40,113 bases of DNA from Pelomyxa schiedti (Eukaryota; Protista; Evosea), in NCBI GenBank assembly GCA_020536535.1, contig JAHLWZ010000394.1, forward strand, positions 1 to 40,113, given 5' to 3'. Made by a program: the position numbers and the translations under genes. Positions within the stretch are counted from its first letter, which is position 1. The number at the start of each line of letters is the position of its first letter. A model generated the notes under the pieces. The model saw nothing but the letters and a program-made list of their open reading frames with translations. It made no database searches and had not been told where the DNA came from. Below are positions 10,501 through 19,500 of the stretch, piece by piece.

Positions 10501-13014
10501 GGCATTAGTTTTCCAGAAGGGCCCTCCCATAGATTGATAGAGATTGAGTAATGCCCTCCCTACCGAGCATAAGCCAAAAACGTATTATCTTTATGCATAC
10601 ATTCTGAGGGAATAGCTGTCAATGTAACACCCCCTACTTGATCGACTGTGTAGTGTTTGCACTCGTCCCATGTCCAAAGGTCTAATAACGTTAGAGATAT
10701 CATGAAGCAGGTCGAACGCAACTAATCAAGTTTGCTGTGCCGGCTGGTCTCTCGGTATAGGATATTTGTGCTGCAGTTCTTAGTGTATTCCACACGCGAA
10801 TTTCGTAGATTACAGCATCTGGAATGTGCAGTGTGTCGATTTGAGGGTATGTGACAGTGGTTCCCGAAACTACACGGGTTGTTGTTAGTGTCGTTCCGAC
10901 TCATTTGGCGTACGTCTTTGCTTCTGCCCAATAGTGAGGAAGGAGGTCGAGAAAGTCAGACTTTTGTAGGAGTTTGATGTTGTTGACCAGACAGAAGTGC
11001 TGTTCACAAACATCTCAAGCTTTCCATTTGTTTTATCATAAGAAACCTAAATACTGTAAGAAATAGTGTCTGCATGATAGCAGTCGTACCCCGAGAACAA
11101 CAAGCTTGCCAGTTGGTAATACGTATCCTGTGGAGATTGGGGTTCCCTTAAGGTTTCTTTTTTGTTTTAGTTACTGTCCCACAGTCATTTCTCCTTACAT
11201 TCTGACAACATCGGATGCGTCAGTGTAGATCACAAATTCTCCTGTTGTCTCCCCGAATGCGAATAAGTATTTGACCTGAAATACAGAAGCATTAAGGCTT
11301 GCACAAAGAGTGGGAACCAAACCGCATATGGAAAAGACCAGTAACTAAACATCTCGATGGTAAATGATGAAGTAGGCAAAGTGTACGTTGCGTAAGCCAA
11401 AACATAGTCAATAGTCATATCCAAATAACAAGTACTCCAAGAAACAAGTGCTAAGATGTGGTTGACAACAGAAAAGAATTGGTTTCTTTAGAAGGATACG
11501 AGCTGGAGTCCGTGGATCCGAGGGCGCATCAGTCACTGTAACAACTAACTTGTCCAAGAAGATATGATGTTCCTTAAGCTCAAGGAAAATCCCAACATCT
11601 GAATTTGCAACCAGAAACACTGGGCACGAGTACTGCAACAATATTAAAACTTCAAGGGCTGGATAAAGAGATACCATATTCCACATGAAACGTCCCCCAG
11701 TATTGAGCTGCCATGAGACGGCATTATTATTATCAATCTATGAGTACATCAACATAAGAGAGTGAAGAATAATTAAGTGCCTTGAGGTAAATTTCATTTG
11801 AATCATTGTCAAATGCCATGGCACGCAACCAAAAACTGAATAGTCCTTGCATAGGAACTTGAAAGTGGTAGTTATTTTTCTTGTACTTGATGAGTGAAAT
11901 CAACACAGAAACTCCTTCATACAAAAGTGACTGTGGGTGGTGAAGACAGAAAAGGATTGGTCCCAGTCAAAATCGTATCCGCCTTTCCGCCACTTGCTGT
12001 AATCTCATCCCGAGTAACAAGTCCCTGGGACAGTGAGAACACAGAAGTATCTTCAAGTTCGAAAGTGCGAGTGGCAGGGGGCCGACCTACCTGGATGTTA
12101 GTAACACTCACAGAAAAGAATGGACATACAGCCCCAAGCAGGTAAATTCGATGCTGTCCCACCAACATAGTCGTCAGCAGGAACATAAGACCAGTCATTA
12201 GTGATCAAAAACTTATCTAAGTAACACAAGTCTGTGCTTTATGAAGTTTCAGTTACATGTTTTTCATGGATTTATTCTTACCCATAGTCAAAGCCAAATG
12301 TATAGTAGTCCGACGTGGCAACATTGAAGCCAAAACCTTCCTCCTTGTGCCATGTCCATCTAGCAACCCCAACAGGCGAAAATAGGGTGAAGTTGGTAAC
12401 CGTAAACTGAATACAATGAACATCCAAGGCTAAGAAGGGAAAAGAAAGCAACCGATGTGCGTTGTCCGTTTTGCAGACGTAACCAGAAAGCGGATGTGCC
12501 GTCAGCAAAAGCCCAAGTCCTGATCCAAACTGTGTAGTACCCAACTCTATGTGAAGCTAAAAACCCACAAGAAGTAATATTTAGGGTATGCATACGGGAG
12601 TGGAGTTGGGGTCCAGTAGTAATTGGTATTTTGCCCTACAACCTTGCTAATTTCATCAGGATTTACTTGACTCCATCCATTGAAGTTTGGAACAACGAGG
12701 ACCTGGTTTTTTTTTGTCACTATCCAGGCACCTATCTATTTAACACCAAACCTGTGATTTCAAGGGGGAAGTAGGTGCTTCTCCAATTGCACCAGCGCAA
12801 GACGCTCCATAAATTTGAAGGAGAACGTTCTTGGTAGCATTTATATTAGCGAATTCTGCATCCAGCCACATATACACAGGCGTGCATAGCGATACACCTG
12901 TTCCGTTTTTCGGTTGTTATTTGTTGTGGTTTTGATCACTTTTATTTTTTTTTGGTTTTTTTTTGTTGTAGGCGGTGACATACCTAAAAGGCCAAACAAA
13001 ACAACCAACATCAT
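4512..13014 (-). CDS. Large type I membrane protein: SP - 2x CBM/galactose-binding-like - pentraxin/LamG - LRR - IPT/TIG - ~30 EGF-like - TM (many exons)
   Basis: ATG at 13014 with signal peptide MMLVVLFGLLGVSLC. LamG motifs FLTIGQKQ and IYEIRVWNTLRTAAQI; LRR cap IPSEWRALLNLYQSMGGPFW..W.GI.C and NLAYNNLTGSFPE repeats; TIG motif TVTLEGSGFMGARCKFG..TVTDTTVTFTLP; many CPNNCSxHGxC..GxCxC..GW.G.DC repeats; TM YLLIGLVAAAGAVVLVGGSTCGFIVF; basic tail ending EKDSVPFGNAFAD*. The frame can be carried across the LamG-LRR junction with canonical introns; not every junction was checked. Confidence 0.85.
4790..9030 (-). repeat. Tandem EGF-like (tenascin-type) coding repeats, ~30 units
   Basis: Repeated six-Cys pattern C-P-x-x-C-S-x-H-G-x-C-x(4-5)-G-x-C-x-C-x(2)-G-[WYF]-x-G-x-x-C across exons; counted by eye. 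Confidence 0.9.
9440..10620 (-). other. Leucine-rich repeat region with plant-type N-cap
   Basis: LxxLxLxxNxL(S/T)GxIP units (NLAYNNLTGSFP, NNISGTIPP, NKLSGTVPP, HNYLTGSIPS, NLLTGHIPD, NQLDGDLP), with introns at a recurring position in the repeats. Confidence 0.85.
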
Positions 13015-13436
13015 TCTGAAAGCGCTTTTTACAGCCATCCAGAGGCGCCTTTATCAACCAAAATATACACGCGGGATTGTCGTTACTTTGTGTGCTTGTG
13101 AGACTCTGTTTGTTTTCCCCCTCTACAAACGTACCCACAGTGAGCTCCCTTGCTCAATTGGTTATTTGTTTTGTAGTGCGTATTTTTTGTTTTTTTCGTT
13201 TTGGTTCCTCTGTTGGGCAGTGGTTTGGATCAAGAGCCTTGATCTGATTTTCCGTACTGCCCTCATAAAATTGGTCTTCACGTAATGCCCGAGCTCACGT
13301 TTCCACATTTGGACATGGACCCGGAATTCAAACTGTTGGATTTGTTTTAGTTTAGTGTGTACACAAAGTACACAATGAATGAGATGTGTTGTGGTGTGTC
13401 TCCCAGCAGTGTGTTGGCTGTGTGAGATAGTAGGGC

Positions 13437-16091
13437 CTAGGAGGAGGAGGGGGGAGGCCGCGGTGCTGCAGGTGAGGATGATGATGCTGCTGCTGTGGTG
13501 GTGGTGGTGGCGGATGCGGATGTGGGTGCGGTTGTGGATGCGGGTAGCAGGAGCGGGACAGGCTCGGGAGCAGGGGGAGGGGCGGCGGGGGACATTGCCT
13601 GGGGAGTGGTTGGTGACGGCGCATAGGGGTCAGAGGCCGGGACGGCGGCCAGCGGCACGTTGGTCTGGGTGTTGCCTACCGGCACGCCCTGAGACGCCAG
13701 CACCGGGCGTAGGGCCGCGAGAGCTTCCTTGGGGTCGCTGAACACAGCGGGGTCCTGTGTGTCTATGTTAGCGTGTTGTGTTGCTGAGGTGGATTGGAGA
13801 CTTACTGGTAGATTGGGCAAGGTGAGTTGCTTCAGGATAATGCGGGCGACGGCGGTGAGAGGAGAGTTGGCACTAGGCTCGGCGCCGCAACTGCTGCTGC
13901 TAGTTGTGGAAGTGGCACCCTGTGCTTCTGTTGGGGCAGCAGAAGCAGGTTTGGCGGTTTTAGACCTTACACAGGAGGTGGAAAGGAGCTTGGTATTTGA
14001 GTAGCAGTTTGGAGTGTAAGTGACTTCAAAGTTATCCATGTCTCCAATGAGGATCCTATTGTCTACTACCATTACCTGTGGAAAAAGTGAGGAGAAAAGG
14101 TTGTAGGGGTTTGTTTGCCTGTTCAGCGAATACATCATTGCAAGATATTTTTACAGGACCACTGGACTGCGAACTAGTTGAATAAGTATGTAGAAGGGAT
14201 TTATGCTAATTTACAAGATGAGAGTTAAGTTCCAAAGTGCGATCAACCAATCCAGTGGATCCTTTTTAATTTCGGCAACGACTTGAGGTTTGTCCTGCCA
14301 TAAAGAAAGAGGCACATGAGGAACGAACTTCATCACCAGGAAAGCGGCTTCACTTCCATGGAACTGGCAGTCCAAAATAAGTTTGTGTTGAACAAGGGTA
14401 GAAGGAGTTACCGTTGAGAGGAAGAACGTTTTCACGGGCATAAATAAACTGCTTACAGCACTGCGGGACACAATACGGAGTTTGGCGAATTCAGCTTGCA
14501 ACCTCTCTCTCTTAGTGTCAATTTTGACAAGCCAGTGAATGCATTCATTTGTTTTACTTTTTCCTTTTTTGGGCTTCGGGTATTCTGATACAATGAGGGA
14601 ACGTCGGCAATGCTTCGAGGCTAGAATCTGGGTGAAGTGTGAGGAGAGATTAGAAGTAAAGAATATATACAGTATCAAGAATTTTAGGCTCGATCTGAAG
14701 TGTTTCACTGTCAGCAAAACTGAATTTAGACCCCGGAGCGCCTAGAGCACCTCTAAGGTACGACATCCACACAGCGTCTTGTGGTAAGTCAAGGGACGAA
14801 GGAATAGGGGTGATCTTTTTCAAGAGTAAGTCAAACTTTTCGGGATAGAAGATTAATACATGTGGAATTTCTGGGAAAATCGGGTGACTCTTGAATGCTG
14901 TAAGTTGGGGTGCTATGACGGTAACTTTTTCCGCTTCTTCACTGCTGCATCTTGCCGCCGAGGAGTCATTTTCTGCCTCTTGATTTCTACCAACACCACT
15001 GCGCCGATGTACACGTTTTTCTTGAACTTGGATGTGAAACTTGCGGGAAGATTGAGGCAGTGAAACCCAGGAATCGGCTATGCTGACGAAATCCTGTATG
15101 AAGTGTGATTGTAATACAATGTGCATAAGAACCGTACAATGACTCGCATGTGTTCGGCAGCTGCCTCATTCCCAATAAAGAACATCAATTTATGGGAGTA
15201 TCTTGACAGTTCCGAATTCCGAGCTAAAACGAATACTTCATCACATATAGTGAATTCTAGTGCCCCATGTTCGTTAGGAGTTACTTCTAGTGTGGTAGTC
15301 GTGGGTGATGAGCCTTCGTCTTTGGGTTCTTTTAGTTAGAGTATTGGTTAATACCAGGCAGTAAGAGTATGTGAAAAAGGGGAAGGAAGACCTAGTTTCG
15401 AGGTTCTGTAGCTGACACACTTGTCACACAAGCAAGAAGCTTGGTCATGCCCTGTTCTTCTGCAGTGTGGTGCCTCCTTTTTCGCGGACCGAGGTAAATC
15501 TTCTCGAGGGGGTTCTGCATCACCATCCTCAGTCTTTTGCTTGCTCGTTGTAGCTACTTCACTACGGTTTTCTTCTCCTGAGGCATTTTCGGGTTGCTCC
15601 CCCGCGGACTGCTTAAGTGCTGTATTCTCGCCTTCTGCGCTGTCAACGTGAATCTGGGTGTCGTCACCGCTTTCGTCAGCTCTGTTTTGGCATTCCTCGC
15701 CACAGGCGCACGATTCTCCACAGAATTTATTAGCCCGCATGCACTTGCAGTGGAACTTCCCCTCGCAGTGCGTTGTTATGCAACCGCAAGTTATGGTTCG
15801 CCCCCTCTTCCTTGTGCTGGGAGTCGCGCTCGAACCGCGAGAGGTTACGCTTGACTCCCTCCTGCGAGGCGAGCGAGGCGAACGCGGGGGCGATTCCTGC
15901 GCGGGTAGCGATTTGTGGTGCACTTTCTCCTTCTTGGGGCTATCGGCGGGATCCCACTTGCGGTGTTGGGGCGTGTTGTAGCACGGGCTACAACTGCACT
16001 TGTCGTCGCAGTGCTTGGACGATCGCACGCATCGGCAGTGCATGGAAGTAGTACATCCAGATGACGCACATCCACAGTGTGTACCGCTCAT
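13437..16091 (-). CDS. Two CXC/CRC (tesmin/TSO1-like) zinc clusters + atypical kinase-like domain + Pro/Ser/Thr-rich tail (multi-exon)
   Basis: CGCASSGCTTSMHCRCVRSSKHCDDKCSCSPCYN and CGCITTHCEGKFHCKCMRANKFCGESCACGEECQN fit the CRC pattern. The downstream spliced region gives WLVK..AE (beta3-K/alphaC-E), FLVMKF (hinge) and ISCNDVFAEQVMVVDNRILIGDMDN. Stop TAG at 13437-13439. Confidence 0.75.
14076..14118 (-). other. Probable GC-AG intron (43 nt)
   Basis: CAG|gcaaac...tttttccacag|GTA. Splicing here restores the frame and gives D-x4-Q catalytic-loop spacing. An alternative GT donor lies 15 nt upstream. Confidence 0.55.
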
Positions 16092-16511
16092 TTTACGTTG
16101 TCGCTGTTGTCGCTGTTTTTTTCTCTCGCCGCGTTCGTGTCGTATCGCCGGTACTGCGACACTGTAGATAAGTCTACAATTTCCCTCTGCTTTTTTTTTA
16201 TTTTTTTTTGATTTTGATCTTGCCCTTCTGTGTCGAATTGGTTATTTTTATTATACGTTTATTTGTTGCGTGGTCGAAAGAACTGTCAGGGGGTGTTTGG
16301 TGCCGGGGTTTCAATTACAATTCTTTATATATTGCCAACTCTTCAAGATATTTTCATTAGAGACTACATACACAAAGGATTGGTGGGTTTGTGGTTGTTG
16401 ATTACTGTGGAGCCTGTTAGTGCCTCTTGATTGCATGGTTGATTTATGAGGGTGGTGTGAGGTTGTTGATTGGGTTGTGGTGTTGATGGTAGTTGGGGAT
16501 GGGGTGATGGT

Positions 16512-19500
16512 TTAGTCCTTGTCCTTTGGATCCTCCCAGGCCTCGTTGTTCTCCCAGTCAGCGGCCTTGTTGGGCTCGTAGAGGACGTTGTCGATGACGG
16601 TGCCCTTGGTGTCATCAAGAAGCTGGTTCGGGATGTACCAGTTGGCACCTTTGGCCCATCTCTGTGTGGTGATCAATGTTTGTTATTGGCGGTTCGGTTG
16701 GCGGTTGTGATTGTGTGGTTATATATTATAATATAATAATAATAAGCTGTGGCTGTGTGCTGTTTGTTGGAGAGAGTGCGGGGAATTTATATGTGGGGGA
16801 ATGTACAGCGTAGCCAAAGAAGGCAGCTATTGCGGCTCCAACGGCTAGTAAAACGCCTCCTATTATGCTTCCGGTTGCTATCAGCGCGGTTTCAACGGGA
16901 GCAGGATCTGTGTATTGATTGATTTAGAGGGAGCGGCAAGTTTGGGATTCAGGAGAGATATATACTGCAAATTGATGCATCCGTTGCGTTTCCCATGCAC
17001 ATCCCGCATGCGTCTGCTGTAGCTCCGGACCATGTAAGCCCGTCACAGCCGTAGCTTTTGGAATCGTAAGTATCCAGTAGAATCCGGGAATTTGTTAAAC
17101 ATACCAATCGCTCTGCCCGTTACACTGCCCACACTCATCATAAATAGCCCCACTGAATGCAACACCGTCGCAACCGGCGCAGCTGGTACCGTTGCCTCCG
17201 CATATTCCGCAGGCATCCACGACCTGAACTGCGTGTGAGAACCAGCTGGAATGATTTTTGCACCTTACCAGTCCGGACCAAGCAACGTTGTCACAGCCGA
17301 AGCAATCAGTGGTGCCAATCATTAGACCACAAGCATCATAGTATATGCATTCGTTGTTTCCACCACAAACTCCGCAATCGTCTACCGTCTGTGGAGGATT
17401 CCATTAGATTTGGGTCTGACTCGAACTGTGGGGCACTCACTCTGTTGGAAAATGGTACAAAATCACAACCCAGACTAAAGAAAAATTAGTGTTGGCAGAT
17501 TAAAAGAAAAGGGAGAACCATCCACTGTCTCCTCCACAGACACCACACTAAAACATGTTATTTACACTTGACAAAAATAGAGAAGCCACCTTATCGTAGG
17601 TCAGGCCAGAGAAAGTTTTGCCATCACAACCAATGCAATCGTCCTGACCACCACAGACGCCACAATGGTCGTAGGTCTGAAACGTGTGAAAAATAACATT
17701 TCCCATCATTCTGCATACCACAACAGACCACGCAATGGAGTCACAACCAAGACAAGAGTTGTCTCCTCCACATTCTCCACACTAACACTGTCGTGAGATT
17801 TAAGTTGTCTTGAAGGGGCAATTTACATTGTCGTATTGTTTTACGGGTTCATCTATGTAAACTGCGTCATCACAACCCACACAGTCGTTGTAACCTCCAC
17901 ATACGCCACATCGATCTTCATACACGTTGTTCTAGCCAGTGTGAGAGGAAGAATTAGTGAAAGAGTGGTGTACTGTGTTCCATGGAGTCCCATCACAAGC
18001 AAGGCAAGAAGGCTCTTCAGCACATTCGCCACATTCATTGTATGTCAGTGTGCCCCATGGTATCCCGTCGCAGCTCAGGCAACTTGAGTTATCACCGCCA
18101 CAAACGAAGCAGGCATCAAAAACTGCGGTGGAGTATGGAATTCCATCACACACACCGAGGCATTTATCGGGAATGGAATCGCAGTCCCCACACTGAAACG
18201 CAGTTGGGATAATGGTCAAAGATGATGAATACTTCTTACCAAGTCATAAGTCTTACCGCTGAAAGCAACACCTGCAGTGTGTAACTACGTTGGGCAAAGA
18301 AAGTAAAGAGGCTTACTGTCACAGCCGTAGCATTCGTTTGAGCCTCCACAAATACCGCAATCGTCATAATCGAGAACGGACCAGTACTTTCCGTCGCACC
18401 CCTTACATTCAGAATATCCACCACCTAGAAAGTTATTAGTGCTGTATGCGTGATTACCATGTATCGTACAGATTCCACAGGCATCGTAAGTGAGCCCGCT
18501 CCATAATTTACCGTCACACCCAGTGCAAGTGTGGTTGTCACCGCCGCAGATACCGCAGCCATCCCAATCAAGTCCTGAAAATGGCTAAAATGCTGAGTAC
18601 TCCTTGAAAACGACATAGGAAATACTTACGACATCGTCGCATCCTACACACACTGCAAGGGTAACTTAGTATTGAAGGAATTTGTTTACTGTAAGACTTA
18701 CAATCGGGAATTGTGCCATTGTTGCAGATACCACATCGATCGTAGGTGGCCGAACCATAAGGTTCTCCAAGACAATCAAGGCAGGTGTTATTTCCTGAAG
18801 AGATTAGAGCCGATTCCCCGTTTCATAAAGGAAAGAACCTCCACATTCCCCACATAGATCAGGAGGTGGACCCCACAGAACTCCACACTCTAAAAACGAT
18901 GTTACTGGGTGAGGTAAGAGAACCTCAGGGTACCCAAACAGTCCACTGTTTCAGCCCCACAATTTCCACAGATATCATACTGATAACCGTACGGTAAGCC
19001 ATCACAGCCAATACACACTACGGGAGCGTTAATAGAATATCTAGAGTTGGAATCATACAGTCTGTGCCATTGCAAATTCCGCATTTGTCAACAATCCACG
19101 GAGACCATTGTACACCAAAGCAGTCAAAACAATCAACAGACTCCGCTATGGTAGTGAGACATTTGGAATGATCTGGGGATGAAGATACCCCCGCAATTGC
19201 CACAAACGTCGTACGTCAAGCCTGAGTCCTTTACACCATCGCAACCGTAGCACTAAAGGAACCCATTTAGATGACAATTAAACTTGACGGGGTAAAAACT
19301 TGATTAGGTGGATAAACAAAACATTCTCCACAAAGATCAGGATCGTTCCCAGACCAAGGTAATCTGTCGCATTTTCCAAGGCAACCATCATCACCTTTGC
19401 TTATGTTACGTGGCATTCTATCCAAAGAATAGGGGGATACCTCCACACTCCCCGCAAGCATCATAATACTTCTCTGACCACATTACTCCGTCACATCCAA

